The notes: generated by a model from the sequence alone, not told the origin. A stretch of 64,000 nt of DNA from Heptranchias perlo (GCF_035084215.1 NC_090355.1:23312001-23376000), one strand, 5' to 3'; positions 35,001 through 49,225 are shown, counted from the first letter of the stretch. Numbers and translations are program-made.

Positions 35001-37456
35001 ACAAGGTCTCTTGTAGACTAATTGGAAGCAGGAGCAAAATAAAAATAACCCAAGGAAAAAAAGCCTGAAAGTTGGCTAAAAGTTTTACTAAAAGGTTTGT
35101 TTAATACACTTCCATAAACAACACACGCTAGCAACCCTGGATGCCCCTTTTATAGCAGTGAGTACATGTGTCAACACTATACTGGATCTTTTACGGCCTA
35201 ATTCTAATATGACTAACCACAGGCTAGCAGGTACCCTGGCACTAATACAAAACCTGACTAGAAACGTGTTAGGGCGCCAAATGGGGGCACGTCTGAGGAT
35301 CTCCATCTATTTTTCCAATAGGTTATGTCAAATCAGAAAATCTATCCTAAAATATTAAAATTTTAATATTCTTAAACTGGACAAAGCCCTGTTTTTGTCA
35401 TAAGATTTAAGATCAGAGTTAAGGGAGGTGACCAAAATGTGGTCAAAGAAATAGGTTTTGAGACATCTTTGAAGGTGGCACAGGTATAGCAAGGTAGATG
35501 GGATTCGGAAGAGAATTCCAGAGTTCAGTAATGCAATATTATACGAAAGACCTTGGAGACGTTAAAGACTGTTATTGGCATAGTGCTTAAGTTACATTTA
35601 TGCACAGAGCTTTTCCAATTACTTTTACAGGGAGATTGCACAGAAGTAGAGAAAGAAATTTACTAGACCTATGGCACTTTGGAGAAAGTATTTCACCCTC
35701 AGGAATAATTTTGAAGATCTTTGCAATCTTCTCCTCTAACCAAATTGGACTCCTGGCATAGCAACTTGACAATATTCTTTTGACCTTTTGAGCATTGTGC
35801 TGCTTTTTTTCTCATCAATCTTTTCAATTTTTTTTTTATGATGATCCTGTGTTTGATGAAGCTTGGAGACTTTAACTTTTTAGCTATTATTGTCCTTGTG
35901 AGTGACTCTTCGTTAGGTGTTAGTAGCAATATGAGTGTTTCTAAGGATTTGCCTTGGTGTTTGATGAAAATTAGTTACTCAAGCTAGGCACAATGTGGTG
36001 ACTATTGTCTCTATGTAGACTTTATTTTGTCCCTTTTACTGCCAGTAGTGCATGGTATCACATATTAGCTGACATTGTAACAGGTAATTGAATAATGGTA
36101 GATTTGAACAATGGCACTGAATTCTTATTGTGTGTCATAAATTAACTACTGGCAGTGATTTACGCTGATGCTGTGAAAAAGATTTCCTTACCACTTGTGA
36201 ACTAACTTTTTTTGTTTTATTTGTTCTTAGGATATGGGCGATGTTGGCCCATTCCTAGTTGTCGTGAGAAGGTGGTGGTGAACCTTCATCTTGAACTGCT
36301 ACCATCATTGTGATGGTGCTCACACAATGGTCTTGCCACCAGGGTAGTATCTTAAATGGTCTAATAGTCCCAAGTAAGAGTATCACTTCCTTTTTGTTTT
36401 AATGTGTGTTTTCTTTTAAATGTACAAATCATAATTGAAGAGAAGACACTTTTAGGAGAAATAAGGATTGACTAGAATGACTTAACTGTGTGTACTCCCC
36501 AATCAGATGGAACATTTTAACACTTGCCTAGGTAGATGGTCACAACAAAGCTAAACTGAACTGGTCAGTGGTGCTCAAGTACCTGTAACCCTCGACACTC
36601 AAACTGCATCAGTTGGATGACACGGCATTTGGAAAACGAGAAAAGTATATTAATTGATTTCTGTGAATGAATGCTGCTCCATTTTGTGACCATTTCAACA
36701 CTCGTGAATTAACTGCCCAATAGTAAAGCAAGCACCAAATTAAAGCATAACATATTAATACAAATATGGACAAGTGGCAAATGACCGATTGACGGAGGTG
36801 AGACTGAATGTTTACTTTGCACCTGCAACAGGTGAGTGCAGCTCCAAGGACGGAGCTAATAACAATAGCTAAGCACAAACAATAGACAATCACCGAAATT
36901 AGCTCTGAAAGTGAACACCATAGCCCAAGGCAGCTGGATCAGCTAATCTATCAACAACGACCCTGGAAGGAAAGAAATGACTGATTGTGACATTAGTCGG
37001 CAGAATTCCACTTTTACGATGACACTGTTGGCAGTGACGTACAAAGAAACTGTATTTTTGTCATTTAAGTGTCAATATTTTCAGTCTGTGCAAATACCTT
37101 AAATGTCAACCACTGAACTAAAGGATTATCAGCCACACACCTGTGTTGTTTTCACACAAAGTAAATGTGGGAGTTAAAAAGGTCATTTTTCATCCCTGTC
37201 TTACCAGGATGTGAATTGAGACTATTTTTGCTTCCAATCAAAATGTTACTGCTACTTTATTAAGCTGACCCACATCTGGATCTAGTAAAAATGTTGTGCA
37301 TCGTTTGGTAAGAACTGGGAAGTTCAGATCAAATCAGACCTATTCTGACTGCTCCACCCCCTATCAATCTCAAATGCTGACCTCTCACTATTGCTACTGC
37401 AAGGGAGGTTAAAAATGACATTTGGCCTCTGTTGGCACAAACCCTTTATTTAGACC

Positions 37457-38122
37457 ATAAGAGGCCATATGGGATAGGAGCAGGAGTAGGCTGTTCGGCC
37501 CCTCGAGCCTGCTCCGCCATTTAATGAGATCATGGCTGATCTGATTTTTACCTCAACTCCACTTTCCCGCCCTTTCCCCATATCCTTTGACTCCCTTGCT
37601 GATCAAAAATTTGTCTAACTCAGCCTTGAATGTAATCAATGACTCAGCCTCCACAGCTTTTTTGAGTAAAGAATTCCAAAGATTCACGACCCTCTCGGAG
37701 AAGAAATTCCTCCTCATTTCCATCTTAAACGGGCGAGCCCTTATTCTGAGACTATGCCCCCTAGTTTTAGATTCCCCCATGAGGAGTAACATCCTCTCAG
37801 CATCTATCCTATCGAGTCCCCTCAGAATCTTGTATGTTTCAATAAGATCTCCTCTCATTCTTCTAAACTCCAATGAGTATAGGCTCAACCTGTTCAATCT
37901 TTCCTCATAAGACAACCCTTCCGTACCCGGAATCAACCTAGAGAACCTTCTCTGAACTGCCTCCAATGCAAGTATGTCCTTCCTTAAATAAGGGCACCAG
38001 AACTGTATGCAGTACTCTAGGTGTTGTCTCACCAGCACCCTGTACAGTTGTAGCATGACTTCTCTGCTTTTATACTCCATCCCCCTAGAAATTAAAGGCC
38101 AATATTCCGTTTGCCTTCCGGA
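37457..38122 (-). mobile_element. CR1-group LINE 3' fragment
   Basis: ORF 37553-38167 [17 protein letters not shown]...RRMRGDLIETYKI...GYGERAGKWS and conserved 3' UTR. Confidence 0.92.
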
Positions 38123-39439
38123 TTTCTTCCAAGTGCTGAGCCTGAGGTTGCAATAGTGCTGGTGCAAACAATGTTAACTGTGCTGGACTAAGAGAAGATA
38201 TTCCCCAGTGCACCTTAAGACAACTACAATTATATTGGCTTGGAGACAAACTCTTTGACGAATGCAGTCGTGGAAAACTGATAACAAAAGACCAACTGTA
38301 CACAACAGTTCTATGGAAACAATTCAAACAATCATCATTGAAGCCATTTCCTTTATATAAGATCTATGATTATAGTGCACCGACAGATACAGATAGATAG
38401 ATAAAATTTGGAGAATAAAGCTGAGCTTGCTCAAAAATGTTTGATATTGGAGTAAAAGTTTTAGTGTTAGAGGAAATGATTAAAACAATCCAACTGCTAG
38501 AGGATAGACTTTATTCAATGTGATATTTTGCAATCTAGGATATAGTGGAAAGCAAAAGGGTGACTGACTGATGTGCTGCAGCAACCAATGGCTATAATAT
38601 TTGACACCACAAAGGGGTGCAACTTGCCCTTCTCAACTCACTCAGAATCTAGACCATTGGTCACAGTCGGAATATTTATTCCATGCCTGCCCACACATTG
38701 CACTAACTCAAGGATTTCTAGTGTTCTCCCTGCTTATATTAATGGTTACTTTGCAAAAGTCTCTAACATAAGATCCAAGCTCCCAGTCACAGGCACAGTG
38801 TTCACTCTCTGCACCTGCACCACTGCTCATAGTCCCCAAGGAATGAAGATTACTCCCACTCAAGCTTGTGGTTACTTTGTGAGAGCCTCTGGCTATATGG
38901 ACTAACTTGGGAGTTCTAATGTTCCTGACCTCTGACTCTCATTCACAAGCTAGAAGCCATTGACTGTAGAACATAACTGGGGACTTTAAGGTATTATGAT
39001 TGCCTACTCAACACACATAAACAGACAATTTCCAGCTAACTGAATAAAGTAGATGTGGAAGAAATTAATGATTGAATGTGTGTTGAGTGCTCAGTTGCAA
39101 GTGGACACTACTATAATATGTGACAGTCTAACATCTTGTATGTACATTTACTCTCCCTTTTAAAGGCATTTATTATATGAAACTGTGTTGAACTAGAATG
39201 TGTATCAACCAAGGTAGAAACTGTCATATTTTTAAAACAATGGGCTGCTCTACACAGTGCTGATACATCTGAGAAATAAGTTAAAAAGCTCAAAAGGAGA
39301 ATTTCATATGACGGCAACATCATTTTAAGGGGAAAAGCACAGCACGGAACTTTATTTGTGTGTGCAGAGAAAACTTTCTCTCTCTTTGTAATGTTTGGTC
39401 TTGAGACACTGTCCCCAGCAAAGTGAGCAGGTGAGCAAC

Positions 39440-39880
39440 CTGCTCCCAGGCCTCTGTCAACACCTCCCGGAAATAAGCAGCGAGGAATTTGGGAGCGGGG
39501 CCAAAGGTCAATTTATTTTTTGTTTCATTTGTTTTTCCCTTTCCCCCTGCCCCCTCTCCGGGTGAGGAGGTTTCTCGGCCTCTGCCTGGTGTTTCCCTGC
39601 AGCGGCGCAGCTCTGTGTTGTGACTCAATTATGGGCGGAAGGCATGTCCAGGTATTCCATCGTGTTGCACGTCAGTGCTACGACCGCACCGCGCCGCACC
39701 CGTGGGCTGCACCACAGCGTGGAATCCGAACGCTGAGCCGCATCACGGTTTCAAGCAGGCAAAGGATTTAAACTGGGCTGGACTGCTGTGCAGCCTTCAA
39801 ATAATGTGGTTGCCAAAGCAGGACGAAAGCAAAAGGCTGGCTCAGTAAATGGACTTTTCTCGTTTGGTAATGAGTCATGC
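39440..39880. promoter_or_regulatory. CpG-rich, apparently non-repeat candidate promoter/enhancer
   Basis: Local CpG enrichment; CCGGAAAT (39467), DR1/HNF4-type GGGCCAAAGGTCA (39498-39510), AP-1 TGACTCA (39621) and TGAGTCA (39871). Confidence 0.4.
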
Positions 39881-41764
39881 ACTACAGGAAGGCTCAGGTC
39901 TATGTTGTTAGTTGACTTCAACTGAGGCAGCATTAGGAGCACTGCAATTCAGCATTCCTGGACTAGAGAGGTGGCAAATCAGCCAGGACTCCCCAATGAC
40001 CGCTGCTGGGATCAGGTGGGGATAAGATAGGACTTGTCTGAACTTCTTCCCCCTCCTGATTTGGTGTAGATGTTATAAGTGATCAAATTTGTGGATCCCT
40101 AGGGGAAATTTCCTGGCCACGTTGCAGTGCACAGGTTTTGCTTGCCCAACTGACCGTTCATGATTTTTGCAAGGATTCAGTGACTTTGCTGCTGCCCAAC
40201 GATCTGCTCAGTAGCAGAGGCATGGCAGAAGTTAGTGCAGATGTTAACCTGTGTCTTAGGGTGCGCCATATCCATTTCACCCAGGTGAAAAGACTCCAGG
40301 TATACCCAACAGCGTGCAGTAGCAGCCAGCCACTGCAGCAGTAGACATGGTACCAGTAGTGGAAGGACCATCTCATACCACAGCACAAGGAGGTACAAGA
40401 CTAATTCCTTCCCAAGATGCACAAACTGAAACCCAGCCGCCTGCCATCAGACTTCCCACTTCCTCCCCCCACTGAAAAGTCCCACATGGTTAGATGGTAG
40501 ATGTTACACCCAGTACATTGTCATAAATGGGAAACACACAGGTGGGACCGTTTGTGCATTGGGTCGACACATATTCAAGATCTTAGTTAATTACAGAATG
40601 AGACTAAAGATTGCAAGTCTTTGTGGACAGCAAAAATTTACATAATGTGCTGACTTTCCTCTGAGTAGATGGGCTTGAAATGTTTTTGAGGTACATGTAC
40701 ATCATCATTGATTTTAATGAGGACAGAACTATGATAATTACCTTCCCACCATTCTCAGCGTGGGGTAACGGCAGAGCTGCTCAATAGTCCCAGGAAACTA
40801 TGGAGTGACATAACTAATGGCGCAAGTCACTTGCTCCATAATTTCCACGTTCTGTTGTGCCATCACGGGTGCCTTCACCATAGACGCACCGTTACATTGG
40901 CAGAATTCCCCAGGGAAATCTGGGCCTAGGTTCTATTCATTAAGGCTGTGGGATTGCAGGTAAGGGCCTGCATGGCCACATGCACGACATCAATAATCAA
41001 AAAAAACTTGGCCAAAAACCCAACCAGCAACAAAAACGAATACCAAACAAAATTAATTTCTCTTGAACAAAAATGGCACTCATCATTAAGAGTGCAATCT
41101 CCAAAATGGCTGAACATGCCTTCAAAGCATTGTGCTCAATGACTTCACTGTTGGCCTGGCAAAAAAATCAGGGAAATGATGCCAACCGATAGTTTAAATG
41201 TATTTACATAAGGCCTGCTCGCCTGATTCTCTGACACCCAACCTCCATTGATGCACCCAATCAAGAAATTCAGCTTTATAGCTGGTAAATCAGAATTAAC
41301 TTGCTATTACAATGAAAACTGACACCGATTTTAGAAACAGCAGTTTTAAAGGGGCAATGTAATGCATCTGGCATCATACATTCCTGGGTTTCAAAACTAA
41401 GCCATGCATTTTTGTTTTTTGATCCTTTAGGTTATTTTCCCCCCTATTCCTCTCTATCTCCCTGTATCATCATTGGAAAAGAGGATTCATAGTCAGCTTA
41501 CTCTTGGGCTTCTACCAGCTGCTCTGAAATCACCCACTAGCAGATTTGAGGGTGTTGCCAGAAGAAACTCTTCCTTTTTTAAAAATATTTCTCTCCTTGG
41601 GAGGAAGCACCAGCCCTCTACTTAGCACCTCCTATGATGTGACTAAGATCATGATCCCCACATGTGGGGATAGTCGGTGGGCAAGATGAAGAAGAAGGAC
41701 TGACATTTATATAGCACCTTTTCCAAGCTCAAGGCATCCCAAAGTACTTCACAACCAATAATAC

Positions 41765-42110
41765 GGGGTAGGACATTTAGGACTGAGATGAGGAGAAATT
41801 TCTTCACTCAGAGGGCAATTAGGGATGGGCAATAAATGCCGGTCTTGCCAGCGACGCCCACATCCCGTGAACGAATAATAAAAAAAAAAGAACCTGTGGA
41901 ATTCTCTCCCACAGAAGGCTGTGGAGGCCAAGTCACTGAATATATTTAAGAAGGAGCTGGATAGATTCTAGACACAAAAGGCATCAAGCGGTATGGGGAG
42001 AGATGGGAATATGGTATTGAGTTAGAGGATCAGCCATGATCATATTGAATGGAGGAGCAGGCTCTACGGGCCGAATGGCCTACTCCTGCTCCTATTTTCT
42101 ATGTTTCTAT
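41765..42110 (+). mobile_element. Short CR1-group LINE 3' end, itself interrupted (41812-41890) by the polyA-tailed 3' end of another retroposon
   Basis: aggagaaatttcttcactcagaggg...gaacctgtggaattctct...cctactcctgctcctatttt; insert gggcaattagggatgggcaataaatgcc...gacgcccacatcccgtgaacgaataataaaaaaaaaa. Confidence 0.8.
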
Positions 42111-42141
42111 AAAGTACTTTTGAAGTGCAGTCATTGCTGCA

Positions 42142-42162
42142 TTAGGGTTAGGGTTAGGGTTA
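42142..42162 (+). repeat. Short interstitial telomeric repeat (TTAGGG)3TTA
   Basis: ttagggttagggttagggtta read directly. Confidence 0.85.
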
Positions 42163-45100
42163 TTTGCACACTGCAAGGTCCCACAAGCAGCAATGAGATA
42201 AATGACCAGATAATCTGTTTTGGTGGTGTTAGTTGGGGGGTTAATGTTGGCCAGTACACCCGAGAACACCCCTGTTCTTCTTTGAATAGTGCCAGGGGCT
42301 CTTTAACATCCACATGAGAGAACAAACAGGGCCTCAGTTTAATAACCCATCCAAAAGACAGCACCTCTGCCAGTCCAGCACTGAAGTGTGATCCTAGATT
42401 ATGTCTCAAGTCTCTAAATTGGAGCTTGAATCTGTGACCTTCTGACTCCAAGACAAGGGTGCTACCACGAAGCCAAGGCTGACACCTTAGCGTAGAAATT
42501 AGTCTGGGCCCTGGGCACCACATACCCATTTCTAACCCCTTGACATCAAGAATAACCATTATACTTTTTGAGCTATATAACTGTTATGTAGCCATGTCAC
42601 CCATTGTATGTGTTGTAAATTTCAATTCCTAACCAATACGAAAAACATATCACAATTATAAAATCGTGCTGCACCAGTTACAGCAACTGCCGTCAGCTGA
42701 ATTCATCCCCAATGGCCTTCGTGGCATGGTCTTTAGAGCAGACCATTCTGGGTCATTCCAGGACATCATCATGCCTGAAAACTCTCCAAAATGGAAATAC
42801 CATTGGATTAAATGATCTAGTTTATATTATACAGAGTGGAACTTCCAATGCAGCTGCATTATTACATTGGAATAGCTAAACAGAAACTGTGGCAGGGCCG
42901 ACAACAGATAAACACAGGACAGCAAATAGATGATGAAACCTGCAATGTATTCCCAATTTAGCCAGAAATGATAGCTAAATAAGAACTGCTAGATTATTTG
43001 ACTGCACCGAGAACATGTATTACTTTAAGAAAGTCGACAAATGATTGACAAACTAAGCAGAGCTAAGGTGAAGAGGAACTCCCAGGTCATTATACAGATT
43101 TCAGATAAGAGTTTGCAAATTTGGACACACAAGCTGAATACAGAATTGATGACGGGCCCTGAGGAAGAGGTGCCTGTCGGCCTAGGAACTTAGCCAAAGA
43201 GAAAAATTAATCGGCATTTGGAAAAAATTAAGTTATACCTCGCAAGAGAAAGTTAAATTATCAGACAAATATTTGTATTTAAAAGGACAAATCTTTTAGT
43301 GTAATGTTTTGCTGTTCAAAAAGAATAATCACCATTGCTTGAAACAGAAGTCTTTAAATTGCTCGGAATTTTTGACCCAGCAGCACTTAGATAAAAGCAA
43401 TCAATTCACAGCTGTGTCATTCTACCCAGAGTGCACCACAGGAAGAGGAAAGCAGAGCAGTCTCCTGGTGCTCTGTTACGAGCTAAATTTCACTGCCCAG
43501 AACAGCATATGGTTCAGAGCTCTTGGCAGAGCACTGTGTCAGTGAGCAAGTTATTAATCCCCTGTAAAGTACACATGTAGAACTCTCTTTTATGGAAGTT
43601 ATGGGAACAATGTAAATTGCAACATTACCATGGCTGGATTCTGCTGTTAGTGGACCAGCAACTGTTAATGGGACAACCTTAGCTAAACCATGAGAGAATT
43701 ATTATTTTGAGAGTGGAGGGAGGCGAAAATCTACTCCTGAGGGTTTCAGTATTTTCATGAGATTTTTGCCTCTTTGTTCCATTTTATGAAAAAAAAAGCA
43801 ACTTGAGGAACGGTATGAAAAATGGCATCACACTGCTGTTAAGTGCCCCTGTGTGGGATCCAGTCACGGCAATTAAAGCCCACTATCATTCTGGTAACTG
43901 GCTTGAAGGAGCTACTGAGCCCAGCAGGGTGAAGAAGCTGATCTGGCCTCAGGGTGTTGTGATGATCTTGCCACTTTACTGTGGATGTTTTAAAGGCATT
44001 TCTAAATTGTTATGAGGGGTCCCCGAGACCCTTTGTGCACTGCTGCCCCCTTTATTTTTCTTACTTCCTGCTGCAGTTCCAATCAAGCCCCACTGGAAAC
44101 CAGAGGAATGTGATCCCCACAGCTTATAGGGAGGGAGCTCAGCTCTGTGTGACTAGTTATAGGCAGAGTCTCTACAGCTGCTCTGGAAATCTGGATCTCT
44201 GGGCATTGCATCCTTTTATGCAAGAGTGCCATTGACTGCACTCCTTAAATGTAAAAGCGACTTCACTCAGTTCCCTGACACTGCTGTGTTCAATCCTCAT
44301 ACTCACTTATGCCATGAGATGTTCCCCTGTATTTTTTTTTAAAAGGGATACTAATGCTAACTTTTATTTGGAGTACAGTATATTTGTATAACTGATGTTG
44401 AGAATGTTGCTTCATCACATTTCAGTGCGATAAAGTTACGCTGGGAACTACAACTCCCTCTGATCACAGTGATAAATCTGCTGTTCCCTGATGCTTTATG
44501 ATTTCAGGACCACACTTCTAGCCGGTTGTACAGAACTTTAGAAGCAAGAGTGACCTTTCTGCACAATGACCAACTTGTCATTATATTTTTGTTGCCTTTG
44601 TATAGTCTCACTTACACCAATTCCATGTTTCTTATAATAGCATTTGGAACTGAAAGGCCTGTGAATTTAAAAATTACCTATTAAGGGAAGCTTTTAAGGT
44701 GTTGCGTTTGGAGAGATGCAACTGGAATACATTCAAGGCCTGCTGTGCTTGTAATGTGCACTTTGTAATACCCAATTGGTTCCACTTCAAAAATTGTATC
44801 TTCGCCAATTTATTTTGTAAATTGATGATCTAACTTTAACGCAGTTTATCCAAAGCCAGGTTTTCCAGCATAAACTCCTTCGGTTGTGTATAATATTATA
44901 AGTGAATTTGGTTGCACTGCACTGAAACAAATGTTGGAATAGTATAAGGCAGGTTAAATGAACCACACAAGGCAAAGTTAGCTTAAGAACCAAACAAATA
45001 ACTGTGGACCAGGGCAGAATAGTGTTAATACTTTGGAACACTAACAACCTCTGCTATAGTGTTGGAGGACATGGGCTTGATTTCTGTCCTGCACATGATT

Positions 45101-47469
45101 TGTTGCTCTTGGTTGCTTTGTTATGTAGAGGCACTGGGTGACAGCAGGTATCTTCTCGCTGAGGAGAGGCAGTGAGAGAAGGGAGTATCACCGCCAGCTC
45201 ATCGTCACACACGTTCGAACAGCTAGCCTAGAGTCTCATTAGCGGGCAAAGGTCGAGACACAGGTTGCCCATCTGTACTCTTAGTTGCAGTTGAGCTATA
45301 GATGGATTGGTGGAAAAAGAAAGCAAGATTCTCCTACTACGGTTGCATCCAGTACTGTCAATCACATTTCAAAATACTGAAAACACTTCTTAAAAAAGAA
45401 AGCCAGTCATTTGCCTACTGATTTTCTGATCATGATAACTGCCCATGGCCCAAGGAATGGAGCTAGGGGTTTACAAGGAGCTGCCTACTTACTGAAACTT
45501 CTCACATCAATTTACTTCTAATTGAGCTCAGAATGTGCCTATTTAAACTGCATCCTTGCAGGAAGTATCTGAGCATTGACCTTAAAGGGGCATGCAAACA
45601 CAGCTCCACCTTAGCACCTAGGCATCATAAGAGAGCTCTAAACTCCTGGTCAGCCCATCAATAATGCCACAGGGAATCAATCAGTATAACAAAATTTGGC
45701 CATAATCTAACTAACTGAACTGTGATGTTATATGGGTTAACCACTTGCCAATCAATCGCAACCTGGTCTAAAAGCAAAGCACTTGTAAACTCCTCCTCTT
45801 CCTCCCTTTTAAATGGACTTTGAGATGGTATAAATAATCCTTATTCCAGTGAAGTTCTAAACCACTTTTTGAGGATAAATCCCCAGCAACCATGAATTCA
45901 ATCCTGTGTGCTCTGCTTTGAACCAAAGGAAGGCACTATAAACATCAATCAAGGTTCATCCTTCAGAGAACCCAACAAAACCCTGTGAACTGTGCAACAC
46001 AAAACAAGCAACAAATGAGCCTTAATAGATCAAACCAAACTCTAAACTGAATGCAATATTTTACCCCTGCTACGAAACCTGCTGTTAAACTTTGCATTAG
46101 AAACTGAGCAAAGTCAAAAGATGGTCTCGCCTTTGGGAATAAATCTACTGTGTTTTTAACAAATGTTACTTTATTGATTGAACAGAGCAGGTGTCACTTT
46201 CTCAAATCCCAAGTAACATTTATTTCCAACTGACACTGCATCGCTACAGATGATGATATCCTGGAGTTTCGCAGACAGGTTAATATTTGCTCTGTATGGG
46301 TGAATCTGCCTTTCAGGTCATGTCGCCCTGTAACAGAAGCATTTCCCTCATGTCTCTTAACTAATGACGGCTACAGGAAAATGGCTTTAAAACAAGCTAA
46401 TCAGTGTTCTACCTAGAGGTTTGGCCCTCGTTACTAGTATTTGAAGCCAATATTGTATAGTACGCAGGAATGGAGTTCTCAGTGTGTGCCCTGAAGTGCA
46501 GCCTAGCCACCCTGCTGAAAATACATGTCACAGCAGCTTGACATACATGCGCAATTTACACTGATTATAAAATTCCTTGAAATTCAATGGAATCTGTCCA
46601 GTTTGACAGTTTCTCAGTTTAAGCAATAGTCTGCTTCAGTGTATTGGTGAATTTCATTCAAATACCATGGAAGCGCACGATTGGAGGAACTGCAGCAGAT
46701 ATGCTTATTGTTTCTGCATTGGCAAAATTGAACACTGAGCAATGTTGTTGCTTCAGAAAGTTCATTCCCTGGCTGAAATCCAAGATGAAATTAACATCAT
46801 GTCCTAAGTAGAACCAGGGAAGTATGGAGCAGGCCAATCTTGCTCTTGTAGATGGCACACTTCAGTTCAGAACAACTTTTAAATCTTATTAGAGTGAAAT
46901 GACTTTTTCGAAGCAAGGTATCTCATTCTTGTATCCATGCACTGACAATGTCCAAGAGAAAGCATCAGCCCTCACAATAAAACTTAAATGAAGTTACTGC
47001 CGATTTAAGAATACAAACTTCGTGTTACTTGATGAAAACAGCATTCTCGAATATATTACACAGCTCCTTTCATTGATTTAAACTTTTTGAATCTGCGAAC
47101 TTTAAGTATGTGAATCATTGAAAAATTCACTCGCTAGTCTGTATTGAATTAAAGCCTGCTTCAAGCTTTTTTTTTAACACAAAGCCCCTGTTCAGGATGG
47201 TGAGTTAATTTTTCTGAAAATGAAAAGATTAAAAAAATGAATAAGCAGATTGGAACAACAGAAGAAAGGCTCTCTGCGTGATATTTAGTTAGCCAAAGTA
47301 TTCAGATTAATGAGGTCTGGATAAAGGAGGTTTACTGTCGTCTTGTCCGCTGTGTATTTGCACACACCAGCCAACCCACACTGGTTGCCTGGATACGACT
47401 AGGATTGCAGAGCCTATCCAAGGCACTCGGATTCCCAGCCACATCCTTGGAATGTCATGTTTTAGCTGG

Positions 47470-48170
47470 TAGCACTTTACACCCTGGTTAACACTGTGCA
47501 ATGGGCAGAGCTGTAGACTATGGGTAGACTGTACAATGGGCAGCACTTTACACCCTGGCTAATACTGTGCAATGGGCAGTACTTTACACCCAGGGTAACA
47601 CTGTACAATGGGCAAAGCTTTACACCCTGGGTAGACTGTACAATGGGCAGAGATTTACACCCTGAGTAGACTGTACAAAAGGCAGAGCATTATATCCTGG
47701 GTAGACTGTACAATGGGCAGAGATTTACACCCTGGGTAGACTGTACAATGGGCAGAGATTTACACTCTGGGTAGACTGTACAATGGGCAGAGATTTACAC
47801 CCTGGGTAGACTGTACAATGGGCAGAGATTTACACTCTGGGTAGACTGTACAATGGGCAGAGATTTACACCCTGAGTAGACTGTACAAAAGGCAGAGCAT
47901 TATATCCTGGGTAGACTGTACAATGGGCAGAGATTTACACCCTGGGTAGACTGTACAATGGGCAGAGATTTACACCCTGGGTAGACTGTACAATGGGCAG
48001 AGATTTACACTCTGGGTAGACTGTACAATGGGCAGAGATTTACACCCTGGGTAGACTGTACAAAGGGCAGAGATTTACACCCTGGGTAGACTGTACAAAG
48101 GGCAGAGCATTATATCCTGGGTAGACTGTACAATGGGCAGAGCTTTATGCCATGGCTGGCACTGTACAAT
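47470..48170 (+). repeat. 35-bp minisatellite, about 20 units
   Basis: Unit gggtagactgtacaatgggcagagatttacaccct; period 35 (gtag at 47701 and 47736). Confidence 0.95.
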
Positions 48171-49109
48171 AAGGAGAGTTTACTATTGGTGGCAAACATC
48201 ATAAAATAAAGTTCTGAAGCTGAAGGGGGGGAAACTGTTGAAATAAGATAGAGTTTAATAAGTGATTTAAGACCTAGAAGGAATAGGAGAAAGTACATGA
48301 AAAGAAGAACACAAAGACTGAAGGCAGATAGACACTATTGATGTTGATATTATTGCAGTGTCCTTTCCCATCAGTTGACCAGATTGTTAATTGTATCCAT
48401 GTGATTTATATCAATTAGTGTTAATTGTATTCAGGTGGTGAGTATCAATTGGGAACTCTTGTATCCATTTATAAGAGAGCTGATCGAGGGTGTGGTGTGG
48501 GTGTAATATGGAGCTCTGTGAATAAAGGCTTGGAGGCAATTGAAGACTGGGCTCAAGTATTCGATCCGTCACCATCTGGCTTTCCAGTTTATTACAAAGA
48601 TTACTGCCCTGATCCATGAAATGAAACTCCAAAAGCTTGCATTAGGTAAAAAAGCATTCTTTTCATAGCCTGGGTGAGGGAGTTGCTACCCCTGTCCTGA
48701 ATGGACAGTAGATTTACAGGGATGGTGTGTTGCTGATGACCTGTGTATTGCAGTGTCATCTAGTGTGATGGTTGCTTTGTGATTTTGGGGAAAAAAAACT
48801 TTCAAGGATTCAAAAAAATGTATCCTTATTGTTTTCAAAAACATGTAAATGAATTGTCAATTATTCTTCTGTGTCTAACTTCCAAACCATGAATCAATAA
48901 ATAAACAGTAACATCAGTCAAGTAACAGTCTTCAGGAGACATCACCTGCTCACTGCAGGTTAACCACTGCATACTGCTGGGCTATCCATGCCCTGTGGTT
49001 CTGACTCCCTCCACAATGTTGTTCATTGTGTTGCTATTTGTTGTGTAGAAATTCAATTAAATATCAAAGTAAAAGTCTATTTTGCAATTGTGCCTGATGC
49101 CTTTCTTGG

Positions 49110-49225
49110 GAACATGGGAGTAGGAGTAGGCCATTCAGCCCCTTGAGCCAGTTCCACCATTCATTTAGATCATGGCTGATCTACCTGCCTTGGTTCTGTA
49201 ACCCTTAATACTCTTACCTAACAAA
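49110..49225 (-). mobile_element. Very short CR1-group LINE 3' UTR fragment
   Basis: ggagtaggagtaggccattcagccccttgagcc...gatcatggctgatct matches the LINE 3' UTR seen at 14360 and 37480. Confidence 0.7.

Larger units (their letters stand above)
41697..42485 (-). mobile_element. tRNA-head SINE with nested insertions
   Basis: Head at 42420-42485 and tail at 41697-41760 in reverse; interrupted by a LINE and a telomeric patch. Confidence 0.78.

Noticed and set aside
34440-35037. Overlapping ORFs near 34.5-35 kb as a host exon
   Set aside because: No identifiable domain; probably decayed repeat or chance ORFs.
47470-48170. 35-bp repeat as a CRISPR array or coding repeat
   Set aside because: No spacers and no sustained ORF; minisatellite.
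48425-48619. 64-aa ORF as a terminal exon
   Set aside because: No recognisable motif or partner exons; length is within chance expectation.
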